Position numbers and translations under genes: made by a program. Below the pieces are notes generated by a model. It was given only the letters and a program-made list of their open reading frames with translations, was not told the DNA's origin and did no database searches. Positions 26,800 to 38,356 of a stretch of 64,000 nt of DNA are shown here, piece by piece; positions within the stretch are counted from its first letter, which is position 1, and every line of letters starts with the position of its first letter. The DNA is taken from the NCBI GenBank assembly GCA_013265495.1, contig MU058584.1:496001-560000 (forward strand). Direction: 5' to 3'. Origin of the DNA: Vicugna vicugna (Eukaryota).

Positions 26800-27305
26800 A
26801 TTTTTAACTTTTATTGCGGTAACATATACATTACAAAAAGATTTTCATTTCAGCCATTCTTAAATGTACAGTCCTAAGGCATCTACACACAGCGTTCACT
26901 TTGTTGTGCAGTCATCACCACCGTCCACCCGCAGATCTCTTCATCTTTCAAAACTGAAGCGCTGCACCCATAAACACTAACTCCTCATTCTCTCCCATTC
27001 CCCATCCCCTAACAACCACCATCCTACTTTCTGTCCTTATGAATTTGACTACCCTTAGATCTCATGTGAGTGGAATCACACATTTGCCTGTCTGTTCTGT
27101 CTTACCATCAACGACATTTAACATAATGTCTTCATGCTTCATCCATGTTGGGGCATGTGTTAGAATTTCCTTTTTAAGGCTGAATAATACCCTAGTATAT
27201 GTCTGTAACACATTTTGTTTCTCCGTTCATCCGTCAGTGGATCCATGGGTTGCCTCCACTTTTGGGCCATTGTGAGTATGTGATGAACATGTGTGTACAC
27301 AGATT
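26800..27305 (-). mobile_element. L1MB-like 3' end fragment
   Basis: ttgttgtgcagtcatcaccacc..., ctactttctgtccttatgaatttgact, gagtggaatcaca. Confidence 0.85.
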
Positions 27306-27893
27306 TGTATCTTACTACCTAAGTTATTAAACTTTCAAATGTTAAGTGCAAAATGACTTCCTGCAAACCCTTTATAAGACAGTGCCTTTAGATGAGGTAC
27401 TTACAGTTTTGTTGTGAAGGTGTGTTCTCACTCTTGAAGCCACAGTTATGGGTAGAATGTGATTCAGTGCTTGACGGCACTACCAGAATTCACTTATGAT
27501 TATTCACCAGAAGCAAAGCCGTGAGGCTTATTCTAGAAAGGTGGTGAACACAGCTGGCTATAAACTGAGAACTTGCCAAGCGAGAGCATCACACTCTGCC
27601 TTTGCAAACTGAATCTCCTCTCTTGGGAAAGTAGCCTCTGAGCACCTTGACTCATGACTGTAAGCATTGTGCAGACAGTGGGAAGGAGCTGGGCAAAATG
27701 AATTTTACAGAGAACAGAGAGAGGACCAGCTTCCTAAGTAGCTGGTGAGAGAATGCATCACTAGGCTGAGTAGTTTGTAGACAGTGTGACTGAAGAACCA
27801 AGGAGCTCATAAAGAAAACACACGCACACAGGGGTTCTTCGGGGACTAGATGTTGTCCTGAAAATAGGCTATTGAGAGTGAGTGTGTACGAGC

Positions 27894-27916
27894 GTGTGTG
27901 TGTGTGTGTGTGTGTG
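27894..27916. repeat. (TG)n microsatellite
   Basis: About 11 TG units. Confidence 0.9.
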
Positions 27917-30900
27917 CAGCCCCAACCCTTCCCCTGATTCCTAAGAGAGTAATTCTGTTACTTCTATTTCTGTAGTACAGCTTCAAGCCCAAGGCTGGGC
28001 CAGTCCCTTCATTAACACATTCCCCTGCTGCAGACCTCCTGCTCCCCCTTCTTGGACACCCAGTGCCTGGGACTGGAGACCTACAGGGTTAGGAGGTGCT
28101 TCTGCAAACTGGGGAGAAGGAAACATTGGGGCGTCAGGACAATTCTGACAGCAGCTCTCTGACTTCCAGCCAGTGTTTTTACTCCCATCTCGGTTGAGTG
28201 TTTTCTCCTGGCTCCTGCTGTATCTGAACCCCTCCGTCTACCCAGTCCCGCTTTGTGGGCCTCGCTGGTGGGCACAGCACACTAGATTCCAGGGCCACTG
28301 CTCCCATACCAGGCCCCAAGTCCCTGTTTATGAAGCCCAGACACTTTACGTCGGTCCTTCTAGTCAGTGGTTAGTGTTCCAGAGCTTCTGTTGTCTTGTT
28401 CCCAAAAAGGTCAGGTCCCGTAGGGCTGAGTCTGTCCTTGCTGGTGGGACTCTGGCTAGCAAAGCAAATACATCAGGTCAGTCTGGCCACCGGGGAGAGA
28501 GCCAGACCTGTTGGCACAGACTCCAGAGTTGGCGTGGGCTTTGTGGGAGGCTGGCCTGAACCACAGACGGTGGTACCAGCAGTCCTGTTTGTCCTCCGGC
28601 CCCTGGCAGAGCCTGGGCAGGCTAGACTCCTGTCCTGCGGAGCTCAGGTGCTTCCTCCTGGGCCCGCCTGCCCATCAGAGCAGCAGAGTGGGGGCAAAGG
28701 AGGGCATCCCTCTGTTCCCCTAGTCACTCCCGTCATCTCTGCCATCTCCAAATCCATTTCTGTCCCCTCAGTGAGCATAATAACATGGTTGTCGAAGTGA
28801 AGTATAATTGCCGTATAAATAAACCGTTTTATGATAATAAAGATTCAAACCTTTTCAGACGTTTGATTTCATTTCCCTAGTTGCCGACGGAGCTGCACTT
28901 TGAGTACATATCCTTCGGCTGGAAAGGGTCGGAGACATCTGACCACAGGACAGGTGGAGTAGGTGCAGAGTGTGCCCAACCTAAGAGGCCTTCTAAATAG
29001 CACTCAGGTAGTATGTTCCGGCAGCCGTAACGGGGCCCGGAACCTTATTTCATGCCTCTCTTGCCCCTTGTCATTGTGAAGCACTCCAGAGCATTCCACC
29101 AGCTGTTGTGAAGGGGAGCACCTGGATTGTCACTGTCATTGAGATTCTAATGCACCTCATTTGGTCATGCTTCTCCATGTAGTTACTGTGCCCACACTCC
29201 GTAGCGGAGCCACCTGGGACTTATGTGCACAGTGGTTGAATTAGAGGCTGTTTTCCAGTTCCAAAGAGAAAGTTACACTTTGAGTTCTTAAGATCAGGGT
29301 GTTAAAGGCATGGCCAAGGTTTCAGATACACAGGCAAGGGGTTGGCCGGGGGAATCTTGATTTTTAAAAAGGTTCCAGAGAGAATGAAACCAGTAGGGAG
29401 GGGGACCAAACAAGAAAGAGATACAGTTAGCGACAAGATTCTTCTGGAAATGTAAGACGTTTAGGGGTCTGGTTTAGCAGGTGATGTGCTCTCTAAAACC
29501 CGGGCTGGGAGGTGACATTGTACCTTGCAGAGGTAGGTAGGTACTTATTCGCTGCTTTGACCTTGTTGCTGGAAAAAGGGAAGAAGGAAGTCTGTGGAGC
29601 TTGTGAGAGTGACATAGTGCAGGAAAGCAGAGACCGTAAAGCAGACGAGGGCTGACCCGTCTGGGGCAGCTTTTGTCCACCTCTGAGTGCTCCCGGGACT
29701 CTTCAGCTCTTATCTCCTGAGTTCATCAGTGCACCTCTCTGGCAGTGCAGCCTCTGACTGGCAGAAGCAGCCCTGATTTTAGTGACTTCTTCCCAAGGAA
29801 GGCACAGCTGAAAGGCTGTGTTTACTGAAAGCACGTGAGCGGAGGTGAATGCAGGTGTGGTCGGGAAATGATGCTGGTTCACCTCTCCCAGCAGGCACAA
29901 GGCCAAAGTCAGCCGCCTTACAGATTCTCACCCTGGCTCGCCCACCCAGAGGTAATTTCGGTTCATCTAGCGCTGCATCTGAGCAGAATGCTGCAGTCAG
30001 GGGCCACGCTGCGATTGTAGCCATGTCCTGAAGTGCATGCAAATCAGACACCACTCTAGCCTTCACCAACTTGCAGCCGCCGACCTGGAGAGGTTTGCTA
30101 CATGGCTGAGGTCCTGTTCTGAGCCAGACTCCAGACTTCTCCCTGTCCCGTCAGACATGTCTGCTCTCCTTTTTTGTATTAGTCTTAATTGGCTTGGGGC
30201 TCCCAGACTCTGAAGCAGTCTGAGGTTGAAGCTTTCTCTTTCTCCTATGTGTCTCTTGCTCCGGTTTACTCTTCTTTCAGGATCCCTGCTGAAAAAGACA
30301 GCTGTTAGCAAAGTGATTGTGGGGGTGGGAGAAGTGACCAGCAGACTGGGGAGTGACGTATGTCGCGATCAGCTGGAAACCAGAACCTGACCTGACGATG
30401 TGAAGAGAAGTACTTTACCTCAGTTAGCCAGGTCGTGTCCTTGTCCCTAAAAAGCAGACCGCCAAGGGGCATCAGCACTGACTCTGTGCAAAAGAAAATC
30501 AACTGATTTTCTTTCAGTGGAAGGGATGGAATGTAGACAGAGTGGGAGACTCTAAATTGAGTTCTTAAAATCAGAGTGTTAAAAGGAGTGGCCAAGAGAA
30601 GGTTCTGGATTTCTGGTGAGGCTTTCAAAGTAAGGTTTTCTGTTTTCACCTTGTTAGGATGGATCAAATCCATTCTTGTGGTCTTACCTGATAGCTGAGT
30701 GGTGAAACCAGTGACTATTCAGAGTGTCTGTTCCAACCCAAAGGTTGCCAAGCCCCTTCCTGCAGACATCCACCTGCTTTTATATCCCCTGAGGTGCTTC
30801 TTGTCCCCAGAAACTGCACCCGCTCCCTGGACCCATCTGTAGCCCTCTTTTCCAGGTCATGAGCTCTCTGGGGCCGTGAAGATGCACTGATCTAATTGAT

Positions 30901-30930
30901 CTAATTGCTTTGTTCTCTTCTCCTTTGCAG

Positions 30931-31023
30931 TATGAGTTCAAAGCCAAGAACATCAAGAAGAAGAAGGTGAGCATTATGGTTTCAGTGGATGGAGTGAAGG
31001 TGATTCTGAAGAAGAAGAAAAAG
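30931..31023 (+). CDS. NOS1AP: NOS1AP/CAPON internal coding exon (exon 3 by human numbering), PTB domain: [31 protein letters not shown]
   Basis: 93 nt, phase 0/0. Preceded by ttctcttctcctttgcag and followed by AAG|gtaagt. The translation matches the NOS1AP peptide as I recall it. Confidence 0.97.
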
Positions 31024-31336
31024 GTAAGTGACTCTGAACCAGAAACCGGGGTGAAAGGGGAGCAGGGAAGGTAGATGTGGGGTAGCTTTTCCTTCTAGTC
31101 ACTCTTCAGACGGACTCCTTCCCTTGTCTGGTGAGGTGGTCTGCCTTGACCTGCAACAGTGCTGAGAGGCTGCAGCTGGAGCAGAGAGTGCAGCGGGGCC
31201 AAAGGCCACGTCAACTGATTGGCTCAGTCCTGGTGTCCCATGAGTGACAAGGGCCATCTCCTGTCATCCTTGCATTCAAATCCCCTCCCCTATTTTGATA
31301 CCTTTACCATTGAGTCTTGATCTTGGGAAATGCTTT

Positions 31337-31469
31337 TATTTTTTCCAATTATTTTGAGGGGGGGTAAGTAATTAAGTTTATTGGTTATTTTTAATAGAGG
31401 TACTAGGGATTGAACCCAGGACCTTGTGCATGCTAAGCATGTGCTCTACCACTGAGCTATACCCTCCCC
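31337..31469 (-). mobile_element. tRNA-derived camelid SINE (Vic-1 type) with 14-bp TSD
   Basis: Minus strand reads GGGGAGGGTATAGCTCAGTGGTAGAGCACATGCTTAGCATGCACAAGGTCCTGGGTTCAATCCCTAGTACCTC plus an A-rich tail; Pol III A/B boxes; TSD ttgggaaatgcttt at 31323-31336 and 31470-31483. Confidence 0.9.
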
Positions 31470-33203
31470 TTGGGAAATGCTTTAAATCCAAGTGATGACA
31501 AGTATAACAGGGTTCAGTGGGAGAGAGGATGAGAGGAGGCTCCCAGCCCCATTGTGTGTCCTTGTGTCCTGTTACAGTTACTGCTGCTGCCCATCTGTCT
31601 AAGTAGTCCCTCAAGACCCAGCCACTATTCAGTGCTCAGGAAGTGAGAGGAAGGTGAGGGAGGCATAGGTCCAGTTAATGCAGATTCCTCTGAGCTGGGG
31701 CGAAACAAGGAAGTGGGCATGTGTCATTTAAACACCTGGCTGTTTTGTGTTAAAACCTGTATGTGCTGGGGCAGGAATGATGTTTACCCCTGGGGAAGGC
31801 TACATTTGCATAACGGGCAGAAGGGAGCGTAGATGTGTTTCCAAAAAGAAATGGAAAAGGGCTTGGTTGATGGAGGATATGTGAGAGAGTCTCTTTTTAC
31901 CCCCCTGTTCCTTGACTCTGCTCATGCCTTTGTTTTATACTGACTGATAGCAGCACCATCACATACTAATACGTAGACCTCTTGAACTGCCTTTGATTCC
32001 AAACCTACGATGCTCTTAATTCAAATGGGACTCAAGGCAGACCTTGAGTCTGGGGATTCTGGAAGGTAAAGACAAATATATAGAAGTAGACAGATAAACT
32101 TGGAGAATCAGGGGTTGAGAGGGATGTTGAAGGGTAGTTATCTTGCCGATCTGAGGATTGAAATACCCTCTACATCCTTCCCACAAAAGACCTCACCCAG
32201 TGTACGACTGGACACCTCCAGTGAAGAGGACGCTACTCCTTTTTCAGGCAGCCTGTTTTCCCTCTGGACAGCTGGAAATCTGCAAAGGTCTTCCATATAT
32301 TGAACCAAAACTTGCTCTCTTATGCTCCCTAAATAGCTTTTGGGGTGGTTCTAGAAAGTGTTCTATAGCTCTGGGGTTGGAAGGATATAGGAAGAAAACA
32401 AAATATGATATACTGTTTATAAAGAATTAGCTCCTTCAAAATTTACAAGTAGTAGGGAATTTGTAATAGCGTATTAAGTATCCTTGACTTTATATACCTC
32501 CACTGTGGGGACCACGGTCCCCATCTTGTTCTTACCCTGGGCTATCTTTTCTGCCCCTCCTCTCCACCCCACGTGTATGCACACAGTGGTTAGCCAGTGG
32601 GACAGTCTTTAGAATATTGTCCTCTTCAGGAGTTCCTGAGAAGGAAACTTCCTGAAGCAAGCTGAGGCCTGTCGGGTAGATGAGACCCCCTGTGCCCCAG
32701 TTAAAAGAAGCTATAGACGATGACAATGTCAATTTAAAAGCAAGAGAAATCCTCAGAGGGAAAACAGACCAATGCAGCCAAGCTTGTGATTCAAGGGGCC
32801 ACAGCTGCATCCCAGCTTGGCTTTCGTCCTGTGGATCAGATAGCTTTACTCTGCCCTTCATGCGAGAGCAGACTAGTGGCTTAGTGCCCTCAGGCACCAG
32901 CTGATGAAATAATAGCTGTGATTTGTGGACTCTCCAGGTTGCCAGATGCTTTCACACCCATTATCACCCATCTTTTCATCAAGCCTGCTAGGATGGTCAG
33001 CATCCATGGCACACAGTCACCTCAGGAAGCTAGCCACACAAGCAAGCAGTTTCTTCCCTAAACTTCTCCCTCCCCGGGGGCTGAGCTGTCAGCCTTTCAG
33101 AGTCTGAAGCTCAAACTCATCAGGTTTGAAGTTATGAACCTTAGGATGCTAACTCACACTGACAAAACTCAAAAGAGGCTGAGGTACAAACTAAAATACC
33201 AGG

Positions 33204-33248
33204 CCTTTTTTTTTTTAATTGAAGTATAGTCAGTTTACAATATTATGT
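33204..33248 (-). mobile_element. Ultra-short LINE-1 3'-terminal insertion (~45 bp)
   Basis: Poly-T + aattgaagtatagtcagtttacaat resembles the 3' end of the L1 at about 6843-6870; imperfect TSD ctaaaataccagg / ctagaacaccagg. Confidence 0.7.
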
Positions 33249-36200
33249 CTAGAACACCAGGTTTCACTTTAAGACACTGAACAGTGTTCCAGACCAGGTG
33301 CTCACGTTAGCCTGACAAGCACATTTTCTTCTGTCAGAGGCAAAGTGACGTGAAAAGACCTTAGGCTACTGGAGGGTTGCTCTGTGTGCACAGATGGCGT
33401 GAGTCAGCTAGTTGTGTGGCAAGAATGTTTCCTGGCCTCTGGCTCCACAGTAAGTGGGTCCACTGGATGTGAATGGAGGTCTTGTTGGGTACGTGCTGTT
33501 CCTAGAGTCTGTTCAGACTCTGCCAAGGTTTGCCTTCATGACTCTCTGACTTCTGTGCTTTCATGGCTGACAGTCCCAGCATCTCCCCACCTCCCCAGTG
33601 CACATACACTTCCAGCTGACATAATCTTTACTTACAGTTAGGTTACATTCCAAGGCCTGCTGTCCTGGGGCCTACTCGGTGCCTTTCGGGCAATATACTG
33701 TACCTCGCAGTTGATCCATTATGGGGTGACTTCCTAGTTTTGCCTTGAAAGGACAGTCTTACTTCCCATCTCACCTTGTCCCTCATGTATCGTGTACCAA
33801 ATGTGGTGTCATCCTCATGCTGCACGTGAAAAACCTGAGGTTAGAGAATCTAAGTATCTTGCCCAAGGTTACACAACCCGGAAGGTGTGGGCTGAGGTGT
33901 CACCTGGGGGAGAAGCCAGCCTCCTTCCACTGAATAACTGAAAACCGAGCTGGAGAAGCGTCTTCCCCAGGAAATCCATGGGAACTTGTGACGCACTTTG
34001 AAACTCCATCCCTGGTAATCTCTGGTGTGGGCTCACCCTCCTGCTGGCCCAGAAGAGAGGTGATCTAACAGGTCTTTCCGAGATCTGATTCTTCTGATGC
34101 CAGGCTTGGGAAACGGGAGCCTCCCATCTTGTTTTCTCCACCCCCGCCTGGTGGTATCCGGTTCAGGCTGTGGTTGTGATTTGGATAATGCCTTTAATCA
34201 CAGGGTTCATTTTACACTGCCTCTGACAGATGAATGCACATTAACAGCAATCAGCCTTTTTTGTCATCTATTCCCATGTGACTGTCCTCTGGTATCTGAG
34301 TGTGCGCATACCACCTGTGTGTGTGTCTCTGTGTGTCTGTATCTCTATCTGTCTGTCTCTGTTTATAGAACTGAGGAGGGCTGAGTGGAGACGTGCTGCA
34401 CTTGTCTCTAAGGAAGTGCAACAGTCGGTTGATTCCAATGACAGCCATCCTGATCATGTTAAGAACTAGAGCTCTTGCCAGGTAGCTGTAGGTGTAGAAA
34501 GAGTCTTGGCCGATATTCAGCCACAGGCACTGGAACCATGTCATATAGCCTGACTTCTCCACTCATTGGCCAGTGCCTGTGCTGCACTAGTATGTAAAAT
34601 TGTTGAGTAACCCCTCCTTCTGCAAACAACGTGTTGATTTTCACGGGGTCACTGTGGCATGCTGGGAGGAGCCCTCAGCTGAGATGACAAGACCTGGGTT
34701 CTAGTCCTGGCTCTTCTTTTCCTGGCTGCGTAGTTCTAAGCAAGTTCTTTTGCTTCTGTGAGCTCCAGCTATGAAATGAAGAGTTGGATTAGGTGATCAC
34801 TTTAACCTTGCCAGCTCAAATGCTCTGCTCCAGCTCTGGAACCGTGCTTTTCAGTGCTTGCGTGTGTATGTGTAGATCACCTGGGCTTATTCAGGTCTCT
34901 GAGAACCTTCTGGGCTACAGAGAGAGCAGACCCCAGAGGCCAAGCAGGTTTCTGCCTCCTGGACCTCCAGGCCAGGGTGGGACCCTCAGAGGTCACACAC
35001 TTCCCAAAGCAGCCACCAAGGCTCCTCTCTCTCTCCGGCCAGTCCATGACTGGTAAATGGTGGTATGCGTCCTGGCCAGGGGAAGAAGCATGTTTACAGG
35101 GACTCCCTGCTCTCCAGGGAACGTTTTAAGGGCGGGGGCATCCTTGTAATAAGCTCAGCCCTTGCTTGGACACCTGGCACCTATAGTGTGTTTTCAACAA
35201 TTGTGTCTGTTGGCTCGCTGGCTGAATGAACATGATAAGTGAGGAAGGACTAAGTACTTAGCAACTGGATCAAATGAAGTCTCATTTGTTACTTTTGACT
35301 ATCACATCCTCCCTCTTTCTCCTTCTGTCAATCTTCCCATTTGAAAAAAAACAAGGATGAGAGCCATTCCCAAGCATAGAAAGGCCTCAGTGGAAATTGC
35401 TCACTTGGATAATATTATGAGAAGGACTTCTTCAGTGACTCTGACCTTCAGATGCTTTATTCTAGTGCAGGCAGTAGCCAAATATACTGTGATCATCTCT
35501 TATTGAGATGTGAGGAAAAAAAACCACATCTTTTTGGTTATATTAACAAGTGCCTAAAATGCTGTCATCTTGAACTGATACCAACAGACAATCTCACATT
35601 CCTTATGACTCTTATGTTGTATTTGTGGTATGAACCCCACTGCTAAGATAATTGGCTTTGCTTTGTTGTTTCTCAATCAGTACGTTTTCTTCAACTCCCA
35701 GCTAGGTCCAAGCAATTATCTTTTCTGTGTATATGACAATGATCATTTACTGGAATCACACTGTAGCATCATTTGCTAGGGAGTGGACTTCTGAGTAAAG
35801 ATTAGTCTTGAACTTCATCCCAAGGATTTTTCTACAAAAGGTCCAAAAGGGCCTCTGTTTCACGTTGTCTCTCTTACCCACCAATAACTTTGTTGGGATC
35901 CCCTAAGGTTCCATTCTAGAAAGGCTCCACCATTCTCATTAACAGATATGTGTTGTGTGTCTAACATGCTGAAGGAACTGGGCAGGATACATAGGGGTAT
36001 TAGACATGGACCCTTTCCAGCAACATTAACTATTTTTAATGGCCCTTATGTATAGAGAGGTCTTTCACAGCTCCTATAAAATTACATTATAGTTATTTAT
36101 CTCTCTCCCCAGTAGGTTGTGACCCTCTAGGGGCAGGGACCATGTCTTCCCTCCAGTTCTATTTCACCTGCTGGGAAAGGTAGAACACCAGCGGGAGCAA

Positions 36201-36249
36201 GCTGATGAGTGTTATTACGCGCTCAGATGGCAATGAGAACGGCTGAGTA

Positions 36250-36470
36250 TAACAGCTACCACGTATATTGAGTCCCTGCTGTTTGTCAGACCTTGTTTGA
36301 TGCAGCGTGTACTTATTAGGTCCTCACATCCATCCTGTGAGGTAGGTAACGTCCTTACGCTTGTTTTGCAAAAGAAGACTGAGCAACTTGCTCAAGACTT
36401 CAAGTCCCATCAGTGGTGAAGTTGAGGTCTGAACCAGGTCTGCCCTGCTCAGATCCCACGTGCGTTCTTG
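36250..36470 (-). mobile_element. MIR SINE
   Basis: tattgagtccctgct..., cctgtgaggtaggta..., aacttgctcaag..., tgaaccaggtctg. Confidence 0.6.
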
Positions 36471-37886
36471 TCGCTACCGTGCTACTGTGTGTGTACTAAT
36501 CTCTACAGACTCCTTTAGGGAAAAACTGCTCTGTAGGAAATGCCTAATGAATTAATCCAGGGTCTTGAACTTCCAGCCTGTACCCTGTCACTGGGATATC
36601 ACTTTGCAAGGAAACTAGTTTTCTGCCCAAAGAGTAGTGTTAGTTCCTATGGAAACACACAACTCAGATCTATTTGGGTAAGAAAAGGAGGCACTGAGAA
36701 TTATAGAACCAGAATTTGGGAGAAAGAGCTTTAGAACTGATGTAGTCTGATCCCCTAACTGATGAGATGTGGTAACAGAGGACTAGAGAGGCCCCGTAAT
36801 GGTCCTGAGGTCACCCAGGTAATTGCAGAGCCAGGACTAAACTCAGTCCAGTCCGCTTTCTTTCACGTTTTCTGCTCACTTTAAAACAGGCATATTAGGA
36901 TTTCTGTGCACTGTGTGAGGACTTATTTGCACTTCCATTTTGAAATGTGTTTTCTGTATCTATAGGTTACATCTGAAGGTAGGTGATAGCTGTGTTTTCA
37001 GACGAATCCTATTCTGTATGGAGACATGGAGAATTTACCAAGCTGAGTTAATGTGGCTTTTGCAAGGTTGTTTTTCTTTTCCAATTTTTTAGTATTTTTT
37101 TGAGAAATCACCATCGCTTTCAGGAGCCTGAATAATGGTAAAGCTGACAGACTTTGTGATGTGCCTACTGATCATTTCTGGTATGGATAGGAAATAAATG
37201 GAGACACAAATTCTTCCTCTACTTTTGGTTCTCAGGGAAGGACTTTAAAGATGCCATATCCATTTCTGGGTTCCTAAAGGAGGCAGGACCTCTGTGATAA
37301 TTATCCCTGACTCTGTCTTCTGTTCTTCACACTGTTCCAGACAGACCTACTTCCAAACCAGTTCCCACGTAATAGTCCCCGCCAGGAGATTCTGGAATAA
37401 CAAAATGACTGTAGCTTTCCATGGAGAACTGGATATTTGCAGTCACTAGATCCAGTAAAGAGAAGGGTCGATAATCAAGAATGTGCTTCCCTCTTTGAGT
37501 GGTCTCATAAACACATACACTGCAAACCCGTTTCCCTCTCCCTCTGCTGAAAGCGAAAAGCTTCCTGGCGGTGGAGGGTGAACACCACTGATTTCATACA
37601 CTTGGAGGAGCAAAGAGAACATGAAGACTAGAGGTAGACAAGTTGGATTTTAGTTACCACTGGACTAGATGGCCTTTTGGGAGAGTAAGTGAACTTCCTG
37701 AGCCTCAGTGTTTATCTTTGAAGTTGAGATCAATTTTGATAGTGTTAAAGAAGCAATATATGAATGTTCTTAAGTGGAAGAAAGGACTTTCTTTCTATAT
37801 CAACTGGGAAATTTCCTGTGAGAATAAAAAATGAAGTAGCTAAAAATGGTTTTCCTGTATCTTTCCTTTTTTACTTTCTCACTTTC

Positions 37887-38356
37887 TGTGTTATTCTAGG
37901 TCCTCCAAAAAGCAAATGCCAAGATAGGATTAAATGGCTTTGGGAGAAAGTGGGGAGGTATCTAGGAAAGGCTGGGGTAGCTGTCAGGTTTCAGTGTGGG
38001 TCTGACTCCAAGGGAAGGAGCTAGGAAGGAAAGGAGGAAGGGAGGAAGGAAGGAAGGATGGGAGATAGGAAGGTAGGTTGGGTGGAAGTCTCTTAGACTA
38101 CAGTGTGGTCCGAGGAAGGTTTTCAGGGCCATCAGAGAGTTCTGAAGCCAAACTCATTTGTCAGGGGCTCCCTGTGTCTTCTAGGAATGGGCCTCCTTAG
38201 GATCCCTGCACATTGGTCATTGCCTGGGAGCAGCCCCCAGGGAACAGGGCCCCTGCGTGTTTGTAATAATGGATTTCAGAATGCAGCAGCTGGGGCCCTT
38301 GGTGAGTTAAACTTCCTATAATTGGAGGTCTGTAGGACACATTCTTGTGACAACAT
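37887..38356. mobile_element. Old MaLR solo LTR (MLT1H/I-like)
   Basis: tgtgttattctaggtcctccaaaaagcaaatgccaagatagga..., gtcattgcctgggagcagccc, cagcagctggggcc. Confidence 0.65.

Noticed and set aside
31397..31469. tRNA-like sequence (also ~44646-44720)
   Set aside because: It has an A-rich tail and TSDs, so it is a SINE head rather than a tRNA gene.
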